A stretch of 59,352 nt of DNA from IMG/VR virus record IMGVR_UViG_3300043415_000084, positions 1 to 59,352 of that record; one strand, given 5' to 3'. Source of the stretch: a virus (taxonomy: Duplodnaviria > Caudoviricetes). Positions 10,560-20,311 of the stretch are shown in pieces (positions within the stretch are counted from its first letter, which is position 1; each line of letters begins with the position of its first letter). A program made the translations under genes and the position numbers. The notes under the pieces were generated by a model, which was given only the letters and a program-made list of their open reading frames with translations, did not search any database and was not told the origin of the DNA.

Positions 10560-13500
10560 ATGGCATTTACTGAAGACCAATATAGACAAGCTGGTGAATT
10601 CATTTTAGCTAACCTTGCTAATCCCGAGATCATAGCAAGTAGAGGGCAAGAGTTAGGACTTACCAGTGCCGATATTTTAAGAGCAGCACAGACGGTAAAC
10701 CCGAATCTTACGTCTGGAGACATTACAAGCTATTTCGGAAACGCGGGATTGTCGTACCTCGAGCCATCACCATCATTACCCACGATGGATGACAACATGG
10801 GTGCCCCCGCAGGTGGTATTCCTGGAGTATCACCACTGGGATCATTAGCGAGCGGGACTGCCACTTCAGGTGGTGGAGCGCTACAACGTTCGACTGGATT
10901 CACCGAGCAGGACTCATACCAAGAGGATTCAGGAATTCCGCTGTCGGTGGGTGACCCGACAAAAATGACCGACTATCGCGGGAATACGTACAATACTCAA
11001 GAGGTGTTAGGTCTCGCCAGCCAGATCGCACCACTAGTAGATCTGAAACAGTCGAAGGGCGGAGTCTACGGCACTCAGGGGCAGTCAGTAGGATTCGATT
11101 TCGACCAAACGGCAGCAGTGTTGGGGCGTGCTCCATCTTCCGCTGAGCAAGTCGTCATCGACATGGCGAGGCAATTGATCGACTCAGGGATAAAGGACGT
11201 AAGCCAGTTAGGGGGTTTGAAGGCACATACCTTTACCGAGACCTCGTCTGGTGAGGGTGGCGATATGACGTTTGAAAGGCCGGGTCTAATGGATCCGACC
11301 GGGAAAGAATTCAGCAGCACTTTTGGTTCCACCTACACCGGACCCGGTGGGACGATGTATAATTTGATGATTGGTGAAGGTGGACCAAAGATCACGACCT
11401 CCGGGGTTAGCACCAGCGACTTGGATAAGGTCGGACCGGCATTGACGATCCTTTCTTTCATCCCTGCTACTGCACCCTTCGCGCAAGTGCTGAATGGAGT
11501 GATTGCAGCGAGCCAAGGCAACGTACTCGGCGCGGGGGCGAGCCTGCTAGGTGCCGGAGGATTTGCCGATGCGTCCGCCGTGCTTCGAGCTGCCGATGCT
11601 GCCCAAAAGGGTAACGTTATGGGGGCACTCTCCACCCTGGCCGGTACCACGATCGGTGCCGAACTTGCAGGGACAAGCCTTGGTGGGAACATCACACTTG
11701 GTGACACACTCAACGCTGCGAATACAATCACGAAGATTCAGACCGGGGATATTGTCGGCGCATTGGATTCCGCCTCGAAGCTCACTGGCAGCACGGACAT
11801 GCAAACGGCAGCATCCGCGCTTAAAGTGATTAAAGCGGTCGAGAGCGGAAATTTCAACGCGGCTATAACTGCTGCAGGGCAACTGACTAATACGATTGAT
11901 AAAGCGACTGCGAACTCACAAGTAGCTGCACTGGCGACGGCGGGGTCCGAGAGCCTGGACGCGAAGCAAGACTTGGGGGCCGCAGCCTTCGCCGCTGCTA
12001 AAGCCGCAGGGGCGGACGACGCTACTGCCTTCGAGACCGCGAAAGCCGCGACGGTTGGCACCATTACACCAGCGGCAGCTGCGACTTCCCGTGACACCAC
12101 ATATGATCCGGATCTCGTCGATGCTACCGCAGGGCAAGCACTGGCCACCAAAATCGCCAACGCGCAGGAAGCGGTGCGGATGGGTGCCGGAGAGGCTACG
12201 GGTACTGGCGAAATTAAAGCCGGAGCGGGTGAGTTCGCAGGAGCGGGTGCTTCCCAGACGGTAAGCGAGAAGATCTCGAATGCGCCGAATTTCGGTGCTG
12301 CTTACGCTGCAGCGAGAGAGGCATTTGGACCCAATGCGACATTCAATTACCAGGGAAAACTCTACAGCACCGCGACCTTCCAGGAGGATCCGAAACTCGG
12401 ATTCAAGCCAGTTGAGGGAAGTGGACGGGGGACCGCTGCTGGAAAGACCGCTGAGCAAGAAACCGCGTTAATCAATACCGCGAACGCGCTGGCTGCGGCA
12501 CAAAGCGCGAAGCCTGTGGAGTCTACCGGATTCTTCCAGAATCTGTCGAATGCGCTCTCGAATCAGATGAAGCTCAGTAGCGACGCTGCGAACGCCTACT
12601 TGCAAAATAACCCGAATTCCCCGATCACCCAGTCGGTAAGCACCGCGCTTGAGGCGGCAGGAGAGCTTCAAAAGAATGTGATCGGCGGTACTGCGCTGAT
12701 GCTGGACAAAAAGCCGGTGGCCGACGCATTCATCAAGGGTGGGAACGAACTCATTAAACTCGGCCAATCTATCGGCACCGGGCCTCAAGACACGAAGAAC
12801 TGGAACGACACGCTACAGCTCATTGACCAAGCGACTGGGTTCGAAAAGCTCGGAGTCCTGGCCGGTCGAGTGTTGGATGGGACCAGCGGACTCGGCAGGC
12901 AGACGGCAGTGGAACTGCGCCAAGAGCTACCCGCGCTTTTCCTCGGTGGTGGTACGGCACGAGGGGTGCTTGTGGCTAGTGGGCTCGTGGACACTAAAGA
13001 CACCGCAGGTGGGGCGGCGATCGACGCGTACGATGATGCTATCAAGACCGGAAAGAACCACAACGACGCACTCGCCGACGCACGTAAAGCTGGCCTTGCC
13101 GCAGGTGCTGCAGAAGCTGCCGTTCAATTAACACTCGGGAAGCTTGGTGATCTGGCGCTTGGTAAGCTCGATAACGTAGTGTCCAAAGGTGCAGGCAGGG
13201 TAGGCGCTGAGGGTGCCACCGAAGGTGGACAGGAGGGGTTCTCCTCAGCAGCGGTAGATGTGGCCCTAGGCCGCGATATCGATGTTAACAAGGCACTCAC
13301 CCAGGCAGTAGCAGGAGCTGCGGTTGGTAAAAGCACTACTGCCGCGACATCACCCGTTTCCGGTATCCAGGACGCGACCGAGCTGCGCGAGGCTGCAGTA
13401 GACTCCCAAGGCGTGAGCAACGCAGTTAATAACCTGCAGAGCCTATACGGAAGCGACAAAGCCTCCACCATCGTTCAAACGCTTACTTCCGCCTCGGATC

Positions 13501-15113
13501 TCAACGCAGCGGGTCAGTCGATCGCGAAGGACCTGTCGGGTATTATGGGGGACGACGCGGCGGTGAAGACCGCGAACACGTTGGTGTCTAACTTCGCCGT
13601 GAACAACGCTGCAGACACGATGGCCACCCAAGGCCTGAACGTAAATAACCTTTCCACCGTAGTAGGGAACACCGACACGGGCGGGACGATCACGCTTGGC
13701 GACGCGTTGGGTGCCGCGATCACGGGGAACGGCATCGGTGTCGATACGAGCACCGTGGTGGGTACTAAATCCGACGGGTCGAGTCTTACACTCGGTGAGC
13801 TTTCGGGTGTGGTGAAAGGTGGCGGGACCTCGGTAACTGCGGGTACTGGAGTAGATACTAAGACCGGGCCGACGGTAACTGCGGGTACCGGACCTACAGT
13901 AACTGCAGGAACCGACACGACGACAAAAGCCGGGGTTTCTACAGCAACGGACACTACCGCTCAAGCCGGAGTGACGACTGGTACTAAGTCTGGAGTAACG
14001 ACTGACACGACTACGGACACGAACACCAATACTACAACCCAGACCACGACGGACACAAATACAAACACCACGACTCAAACCGCGACGAACGCTACCACTA
14101 ACGTAACGACCCAAGTCACCACTAATAACGATACCGGAGCGACGACAACTGTTAACAGCGATCCTACGCTCGGAACCACCAGCCAGACGACTACGACCAC
14201 GACTGGCACGTCCACGACCACGGTAGACGCATCTTCGCAGGTAACTACTAATGTTACTGTGGATACAACCACCGGACTCAGCACCGAGACTGTGTGTCGT
14301 CTACCCGAAAGACCTGAATCCGAAGTCGTGATCACAGTGACTAATCCAACGACTGGTGAGATAGTGTCGACGGAGACAAAGACCGTCGCAGAACTGACTC
14401 CAGAGGAAAAAGAAAAGCTCGTAGTTACCGAACCCGAACCGGTGACCAAGACTACCGAGAAAAAACCGACTACAAAGAAGCCTGCAGCGAAAGCGCCCAC
14501 CGGTGGAGGGATGCTGCTCGGACAGGGTCCGCAAGCTACATCCAAGATCGAGATGCCCGAGGAGGTATGGCTGGGTGGTAGATTTCGGACCGACCTGCCC
14601 TCAATCGCGACGATGTTCCCTTTTCTTTTCCCCTCCCAAGAGCAGCAGGACACTGCGGCGGTCTCCGCGCTTCGTCGCGCGTCAGGCGTTGAACCTCAAG
14701 TACCCAAGAAGGAAGACATGGACTATTACGCATACGGCAAAGAGCCATCGATCGATAGCGTACTCGAACCGTACCTGAACGGGGGATCTGTCCAAAAGTA
14801 CGCACAAGGTGGTATAATAATGCCTTCGGCGCTGCAAGCCGCAGCCGGTGGTACGCCACACAAAGGCTCGCACTACGTGCAGGGTGCGGGCGGTGGACAG
14901 GACGATTTAATTCCGGCGAGGCTCGCGGACGGTGAGTACGTGTTCGACGCGGAGATCGTGGCGGCGTTGGGTGACGGGTCGAACAAAGAAGGGGCACGGA
15001 GATTGGATGCCATGCGAGAAGCGATTAGGAAGCACAAGCGGTCGGGGTCATTGAAAAAGATTCCGCCACCCGCCAAGAATCCACTCGCGTACTTTAAGGA
15101 AGCGAACAAATGA
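10560..15113 (+). CDS. Large internal virion / ejection-type protein (1517 aa)
   Basis: Ala/Gly-rich, long Thr-rich tract, C-terminal GAGGGQDDLIPARLADGEYVFDA..V..LGDGS domain. Confidence 0.6.
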   Translation: MAFTEDQYRQAGEFILANLANPEIIASRGQELGLTSADILRAAQTVNPNLTSGDITSYFGNAGLSYLEPSPSLPTMDDNMGAPAGGIPGVSPLGSLASGTATSGGGALQRSTGFTEQDSYQEDSGIPLSVGDPTKMTDYRGNTYNTQEVLGLASQIAPLVDLKQSKGGVYGTQGQSVGFDFDQTAAVLGRAPSSAEQVVIDMARQLIDSGIKDVSQLGGLKAHTFTETSSGEGGDMTFERPGLMDPTGKEFSSTFGSTYTGPGGTMYNLMIGEGGPKITTSGVSTSDLDKVGPALTILSFIPATAPFAQVLNGVIAASQGNVLGAGASLLGAGGFADASAVLRAADAAQKGNVMGALSTLAGTTIGAELAGTSLGGNITLGDTLNAANTITKIQTGDIVGALDSASKLTGSTDMQTAASALKVIKAVESGNFNAAITAAGQLTNTIDKATANSQVAALATAGSESLDAKQDLGAAAFAAAKAAGADDATAFETAKAATVGTITPAAAATSRDTTYDPDLVDATAGQALATKIANAQEAVRMGAGEATGTGEIKAGAGEFAGAGASQTVSEKISNAPNFGAAYAAAREAFGPNATFNYQGKLYSTATFQEDPKLGFKPVEGSGRGTAAGKTAEQETALINTANALAAAQSAKPVESTGFFQNLSNALSNQMKLSSDAANAYLQNNPNSPITQSVSTALEAAGELQKNVIGGTALMLDKKPVADAFIKGGNELIKLGQSIGTGPQDTKNWNDTLQLIDQATGFEKLGVLAGRVLDGTSGLGRQTAVELRQELPALFLGGGTARGVLVASGLVDTKDTAGGAAIDAYDDAIKTGKNHNDALADARKAGLAAGAAEAAVQLTLGKLGDLALGKLDNVVSKGAGRVGAEGATEGGQEGFSSAAVDVALGRDIDVNKALTQAVAGAAVGKSTTAATSPVSGIQDATELREAAVDSQGVSNAVNNLQSLYGSDKASTIVQTLTSASDLNAAGQSIAKDLSGIMGDDAAVKTANTLVSNFAVNNAADTMATQGLNVNNLSTVVGNTDTGGTITLGDALGAAITGNGIGVDTSTVVGTKSDGSSLTLGELSGVVKGGGTSVTAGTGVDTKTGPTVTAGTGPTVTAGTDTTTKAGVSTATDTTAQAGVTTGTKSGVTTDTTTDTNTNTTTQTTTDTNTNTTTQTATNATTNVTTQVTTNNDTGATTTVNSDPTLGTTSQTTTTTTGTSTTTVDASSQVTTNVTVDTTTGLSTETVCRLPERPESEVVITVTNPTTGEIVSTETKTVAELTPEEKEKLVVTEPEPVTKTTEKKPTTKKPAAKAPTGGGMLLGQGPQATSKIEMPEEVWLGGRFRTDLPSIATMFPFLFPSQEQQDTAAVSALRRASGVEPQVPKKEDMDYYAYGKEPSIDSVLEPYLNGGSVQKYAQGGIIMPSALQAAAGGTPHKGSHYVQGAGGGQDDLIPARLADGEYVFDAEIVAALGDGSNKEGARRLDAMREAIRKHKRSGSLKKIPPPAKNPLAYFKEANK

Positions 15114-16156
15114 GCCTTACCCAAGGATCACCGTTACCCGATGTAACGACCAAAAAGACCACTGGAACCGCAGGTCCCGCTTGGTACAACACGTACCTGG
15201 AGAACTTGGCCAAGGCCGGGATGGGGGCACTTGGCACGACAGCGGATGGAGTGTTCACACCGAAAACTGGTGCGGAACTGGTCGCCGGGTTCGACCCGCT
15301 ACAGACTTCGGCGCTGAAACGAGGCGCCACCGAATTCGAAGGTTACGGGGATTATTTTACCGATGCTGCGGACCTTGCCGAGAAGGCCGGACAAGGGATC
15401 ACCCCAGAGCTGATCTCTCAATACATGAACCCCTTCACGCAGGGATTCACGACTAAGACGGGTACGCGCGTCCCAGGTGTTGTGGATGAGATGGAGCGGC
15501 TCTCGCAGCAGAACATGCAGCGAAACCTAATGCCAGCGCTAAAATCGTTCTTCGGTGGTACGGGCGGGACTGGATCGCAACGAATGCTCGGAGCATTGGG
15601 GCAGATGGGTGCGGACGTTCAGGCGAACCTCACCGGTGCACAGACTCGAGCGTTGGCGGATGCTTATAACAAGGCCATGGATGTAGCAGGAACTCAAGCC
15701 GGACTGTACCGCTCTGCAGCGGAGACCACTAAGGGTCTAGGACAAGCAGACCTCGATGCCGCGATCAAATCAATCACCGGGCAGTTCGACCTCGGCGCGA
15801 AGAGTCAAGCGCAGGAACAGGCGAAGCTCCTGGCCCCAATCGCCACCGCAACCGGCGCAGGGAACATCTTCGCGAACCTTAAGGTCCCGACCACAGTTAC
15901 CGAGGACTTCAAGGGTCCAATGCCGGGTGCGTACGCCTCCTCGCCCCTGTCCCAAATCGCCGGACTCGGGTCGCTCTTCGCGGCGGGTGCCGGTGGCACG
16001 TCAGCGGTCCAAGGAATCACGGACGCTTTCAAGTCACTGTTCGGCACTACTGACTCTTCCGGCAATACTTCCGGTGGCCTGCTTGGCGGGGTCGATTGGT
16101 CACAATATACGGCACCGGACGGATCGACGGGTGCGGCTGCGATTGGTGAAGACTGA
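15110..16156 (+). CDS. Internal virion / DNA ejection protein
   Basis: Gly/Ala/Gln-rich, YMNPF motif, position in ejection-protein cluster. Confidence 0.55.
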   Translation: MSLTQGSPLPDVTTKKTTGTAGPAWYNTYLENLAKAGMGALGTTADGVFTPKTGAELVAGFDPLQTSALKRGATEFEGYGDYFTDAADLAEKAGQGITPELISQYMNPFTQGFTTKTGTRVPGVVDEMERLSQQNMQRNLMPALKSFFGGTGGTGSQRMLGALGQMGADVQANLTGAQTRALADAYNKAMDVAGTQAGLYRSAAETTKGLGQADLDAAIKSITGQFDLGAKSQAQEQAKLLAPIATATGAGNIFANLKVPTTVTEDFKGPMPGAYASSPLSQIAGLGSLFAAGAGGTSAVQGITDAFKSLFGTTDSSGNTSGGLLGGVDWSQYTAPDGSTGAAAIGED

Positions 16157-16171
16157 ACACCGGGGTAAAAG

Positions 16172-17794
16172 ATGACTACTTCTGCTGACGATTCAAGCGC
16201 GGACGGCTACAGCCCACTCCTGGCGCAAATGCTGAAGATCGACCCGAATAAACTCGGGGATGTGTCGCTGTCCGCGCTCGGACGGCAAGCGATGGGTTCG
16301 GAGACCGAGGCCTACAAAGCTGCGATGGCCGAAGTGACGGCAGCACGTGAGGCGATGAAAGCCGCGCTCGAGAACCGCAGAGGGCGTGTCGATCCGACGA
16401 TGCTCGCACTCGCTCAGGGATTCTTGGCACCCACAAGAACTGGGTCTTTCGGTGAATCATTGGGGACCGCCGTAGGCTCCTATCAACAAGCCCAAGCTAG
16501 GGAGGAGTCCCGTGCTGCTGAACTCGCGAAAATGCGTCTTGAACTGGCAAACGCTGCAGTCCGAGAAGAGAAGGAGGCAGCAGCATTGGGCCTCAACGTG
16601 GCATCAAAGCTCACCCCAAAACTCACCGCCTTCCAGCAACAAGTACAGTCCGAAGGCATTGATCCCCGGTCCCCAAAAGGAATCGAACGAATCCTAGAGC
16701 TGCAGGCGATCGAGAAGGCTACACCCGAGATGCGGGAGTTCGCAGCGTCCGCGAACATTAAACTCACCGATCCGATGTTCGCCGCAGCATTCAAGGCGGC
16801 GCAGGCTGCAAAGCCTCTGACCGATGTGGCGGCAAGGCTCGGAGTCGATGTCCGCACCGCCGAGGGTCGACAGTTGGCGCAGGCCGAATTGCAGCGCGAG
16901 GCCTTCCGCAAAGAAAACCCCGAGGTAGCGAAGGCGTTAGCCTCCTTTGGTGGTGACCCACTCAAGATGGCCGATCGTCAACGCGCAGAGCAGATCGTTA
17001 CACGGGCCCGGAATCTTGAAGAATCCTCAAAATCGCAAAGCATCGCGACGGCTAAACTCCAGGCAGATCGTCTGCGCCAAGAGATCGAGGAGAATCGTCG
17101 CACGGGGAATGCTCCTGCGGTTGCCGAAACAGCACGGGCAGCCGGAGTGCCGCTGGACACCACAGATCGGTACGCGGGGCTCACGCCGAAGGAGAGAGCG
17201 GAGAAGCAAACCAAGGATCGCGAGGCTGCGGACAAGTATGTGGCCGAGAAGATTAATCCATTCCTCGCGGGGTTGGACGACGATGTGACGAACCTGCGCC
17301 GCGCTCTGGAGCTAAACAAGCAGATAAACACCGGGATGGTGAAGGGAATGGGTTACGGGATCGGCGAGACCGCGAAATACCTCTCCGGTGACCGTGCGAA
17401 GTTCAATGAGTTCGATGCGCTGGCCGCACTCTCGGCGAAGCAGAACAAGATCCCGGGTGACTCCAATGTGTCGAACGTCGACGTGCAAATGATGCGCCTC
17501 GGGACGTTCTCCTCGGACAAGGAGCCGAGTAGCAATGACACGATTATTCAATATCAGTTGGCTCAAAGACTACGCGACCGCGATTTCCAAAACTATATGT
17601 CCAATTATGCGGCGGTTAATGGTGCTATTACTCCTCGTGCTACTGCTGAGTGGCGAAGATATCTTGATGCTAATCCACTCACTGCTCGAGACAAAAACGG
17701 TAAATTAGTCATGAATCCGAATTGGGTGCCGTACACCACCTACTTCTCGGCTCCGAGAGTAAAAGTAGACGAAAAGGGTAGGGAGAAAGAGTAA
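16172..17794 (+). CDS. Internal virion / DNA ejection protein
   Basis: Helical Ala/Glu/Arg-rich; GFLAPT.TGSFGESLG motif. Confidence 0.55.
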   Translation: MTTSADDSSADGYSPLLAQMLKIDPNKLGDVSLSALGRQAMGSETEAYKAAMAEVTAAREAMKAALENRRGRVDPTMLALAQGFLAPTRTGSFGESLGTAVGSYQQAQAREESRAAELAKMRLELANAAVREEKEAAALGLNVASKLTPKLTAFQQQVQSEGIDPRSPKGIERILELQAIEKATPEMREFAASANIKLTDPMFAAAFKAAQAAKPLTDVAARLGVDVRTAEGRQLAQAELQREAFRKENPEVAKALASFGGDPLKMADRQRAEQIVTRARNLEESSKSQSIATAKLQADRLRQEIEENRRTGNAPAVAETARAAGVPLDTTDRYAGLTPKERAEKQTKDREAADKYVAEKINPFLAGLDDDVTNLRRALELNKQINTGMVKGMGYGIGETAKYLSGDRAKFNEFDALAALSAKQNKIPGDSNVSNVDVQMMRLGTFSSDKEPSSNDTIIQYQLAQRLRDRDFQNYMSNYAAVNGAITPRATAEWRRYLDANPLTARDKNGKLVMNPNWVPYTTYFSAPRVKVDEKGREKE

Positions 17795-19812
17795 TGGCAA
17801 AAGAGCGGCTGATCAACGGCGTCATTTACGAATTCCCTGATAACGCGTCGGACGAGACGATCGAGCGGTTCGTGGCCCGAAAGACCGGAACGGCCCAAGG
17901 CTGGACCCCGAGGACGCCAGTGAAACGCGAAGAGCCGAACCTCTCCGGCATGCCCGCTGCATTTGCCCAGGGACTCACAATGGGATTCGCGGACGAAGCC
18001 ATGGCCCGTGCCCGATCGCTTGGTGGTGGCGACTACTCGGATCTTGTAAAAGCCGAACGTGAATCACTCCGCAAGTACCAAGAAGAACACCCAATAAAGA
18101 GCACACTGGCCGAAGTGGCCGGTGCCGCAGTCCCTGCGGTCTTTACCGGCGGCGCATCACTGGCACCCCAGGTCCCGGCTCGAATCGCACCAAGGCTTGC
18201 GCAGTTTCTTTTCGGCTCCTCCCCCTCGATCCCGAGAGCCATGGGATACGGTGCGGGGCAGGGCGCGATTACCGCTGCGGGAACCACCGAGAAGCCGATG
18301 AGCGAACTTCCCGGCGAGATGACCCGAGGTGCTGCACAAGGGTCACTGTTCGCTGGTGGACTTGGCGTACTCGGAAAGTACGTGGTGATGCCCTCCTTTC
18401 GGGCGCTTAAATCCGCGATGGGATTCGACGACCAAAACAAGGCAGCGGACATCGTTATTGCTCGGGCGCTGCAGCAAGACGGCAAGACTCCGGATCAAGC
18501 ACTGGCGGCATTGCAGGCCATGCAGCGCGGTGAGATGACCCTAGCCGACGTTGGGGAAGCCACAGCGAATCTCCTCAGACGTGCCTCCCAGGCACCGGGA
18601 CAAGCCCGAGAAGCGACCAAGACCGCGCTCGTGCAGCGCGAGGTGGGACGGGTACCTAGGGTGTCCGATGATCTCCGCACTTTAATGTCAGGCAGCAAGG
18701 ACTTTTACACCGACGTCCAGAATCTGCTCGACTCACGCCGCGCATCGGCCAACGCACTCTACCAGGACGCGTGGGCAAACGCCCCCACCTTCACCCCGCA
18801 GAACTCGCGGGATCTGGCGAGGCTCTCGAATCTACCGTCTTTCAAAGAAGCGATGAAGGTCGGTCAACGTCGGATGGAAGACCAGGGGATCGACATCTCG
18901 AAACCGCAAAACGTTCTACGCGGACTGCACGAGACCAAGCTTGCACTCGACGACCTGATCGACGCGCAAACGGACTCGATTACCCGCAAGGTGTCCCACC
19001 AGGGAGTCACCTACATGGACATGCGGAACCGGCTGGTGCGCGAAATGGAGAAGCTCTCGCCTCAATACCAGCAGGCTCGACTCCAGTACGCCGGGGACTC
19101 GGAAATGCTCGACGCGATGGAGAAGGGCAAGCGCATTTACCAGACCCCCGAACTCATGGTGCGGCGCGAGATCGCGGATTTCTCGAAGAACCCCTCCGTT
19201 TACGACGCCTACCGTGCAGGGATCGCGCAAACGATGCTCGAAAAACTACGCGCGGGTGGTGGTGCGGCGGACCCGATGCGGACGATATTCGGCAAAGACT
19301 CAGAAGCCCGGATCCGGCAAGCATTTAGGGACGACCAAGCGTTCGATGAATTCAAGCGCCGGTTACTCGAGGAATCGAAGATGCTCGGCACCGAAAAAGC
19401 CGGGTTCCGCCGGACCGCGCTGGATACCGACCTCGATACTCAGGGGGCCTCCGGGGTGGGTGCAGCTCGTGCGCTCCTGTCGGGTAGCCCGGTCCAGGCG
19501 ACGCTTGAAGCCCTCCGCGCCACGTTCCCCCGGGTGACCGGGATGCCGGAACAGACGGCACAATCCGTGGCGGGTAAACTCACCACTCCGACCACGCAGC
19601 TCGACCCGGTGATCGAGGGGATCATGCGTAACCTTCAGGCCGAAGAAGCCGCGCTCAAATCCCAATCCACCCTGGCGAATATCGGTGGAGCACTCGCCGG
19701 AAGCCAAGCGGCAGCAAGGAAGCCCACTCCTCAATATCCAGAGGACACCCAGGGGCGCGAGGATGGGTCTCCGGCTGGCTCCTTGGGGTCTCCGTTGAGC
19801 TTGCAGAGGTAG
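17794..19812 (+). CDS. Internal virion / DNA ejection protein
   Basis: QGLTMGFADE N-terminal motif, hydrophobic Gly/Ala segments, last gene of the structural run. Confidence 0.55.
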   Translation: MAKERLINGVIYEFPDNASDETIERFVARKTGTAQGWTPRTPVKREEPNLSGMPAAFAQGLTMGFADEAMARARSLGGGDYSDLVKAERESLRKYQEEHPIKSTLAEVAGAAVPAVFTGGASLAPQVPARIAPRLAQFLFGSSPSIPRAMGYGAGQGAITAAGTTEKPMSELPGEMTRGAAQGSLFAGGLGVLGKYVVMPSFRALKSAMGFDDQNKAADIVIARALQQDGKTPDQALAALQAMQRGEMTLADVGEATANLLRRASQAPGQAREATKTALVQREVGRVPRVSDDLRTLMSGSKDFYTDVQNLLDSRRASANALYQDAWANAPTFTPQNSRDLARLSNLPSFKEAMKVGQRRMEDQGIDISKPQNVLRGLHETKLALDDLIDAQTDSITRKVSHQGVTYMDMRNRLVREMEKLSPQYQQARLQYAGDSEMLDAMEKGKRIYQTPELMVRREIADFSKNPSVYDAYRAGIAQTMLEKLRAGGGAADPMRTIFGKDSEARIRQAFRDDQAFDEFKRRLLEESKMLGTEKAGFRRTALDTDLDTQGASGVGAARALLSGSPVQATLEALRATFPRVTGMPEQTAQSVAGKLTTPTTQLDPVIEGIMRNLQAEEAALKSQSTLANIGGALAGSQAAARKPTPQYPEDTQGREDGSPAGSLGSPLSLQR

Positions 19813-19841
19813 TAAGCTACATTAATAGCCACCGGGGGCTC

Positions 19842-19866
19842 GAGCGCCTCCGAGAGGCTCTCTTTT
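19842..19866 (+). terminator. Probable intrinsic terminator ending the late operon
   Basis: gag-c-gcctc/cga/gaggc-t-ctc hairpin followed by tttt. Confidence 0.5.
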
Positions 19867-19957
19867 CAGTCTTCATTTCGCGCACCCGTGTGAACCCTAT
19901 TCTGGCGACGACCTATGTGGTTCGTGGGACAGGGTTGCCGTCTGGAACCCCTCGAGA

Positions 19958-20210
19958 CCGTTCCATTGTTCCATTATGGTGGAACGGAGATGGAACAGCC
20001 TACTGGCTCCGAGGCCCCGTACGACGGGCGTTCTGAGGCAGTGGTATCTCTGTTCCACCGTTCCACCTGATATATATACATATTCAGGTTTCTGAACACG
20101 CAAGGTATACGTATATATGCATGGAACAATGGAACAGATGCCGGGAGGCCTTACGTGACGGGGGTTCTGACTGTTCCATCTGTGTTCCATTATGATGGAA
20201 CGGTGGAACG
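19958..20210. repeat. Non-coding element A: 12 GTTCCA/TGGAAC boxes around an AT-rich core; candidate replication origin
   Basis: Boxes in a >><< >><< >><< arrangement; inverted homologue at 41314-41568; next to the primase gene. Confidence 0.75.
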
Positions 20211-20229
20211 GGTGGAGCAATGCTGAGAC

Positions 20230-20258
20230 TTGTGCTCCGGGGAGAGATGTATTATAAT
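20230..20258 (+). promoter_or_regulatory. sigma70-type promoter of the primase operon
   Basis: TTGTGC-17bp-TATAAT, then ATAGAGGA RBS at 20295. Confidence 0.6.
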
Positions 20259-20311
20259 TATACCAGCCCACCGAGGTGGTGTCAATAGTAATAGATAGAG
20301 GAACGTAAAGA

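Noticed and set aside
14811-14818. Internal GGTATAAT as a promoter
   Set aside because: Lies within the coding YAQGGII motif, with no good -35 and no ATAGAGGA RBS
10560-15113. Tape-measure protein of a long-tailed phage
   Set aside because: No major tail tube, sheath or tail chaperone genes recognised; context (nozzle then several ejection-like proteins) is podovirus-like
19958-20210. CRISPR array interpretation of the GTTCCA repeats
   Set aside because: Repeats are 6-8 bp, alternate in orientation and are irregularly spaced; no cas genes
19897-20271. Minus-strand ORF over element A, and similar ORFs at 41064-41623 over element B
   Set aside because: The FHRS/MEQWN peptides are just translations of the GTTCCA/TGGAAC boxes; no clear RBS and opposite to genome-wide polarity
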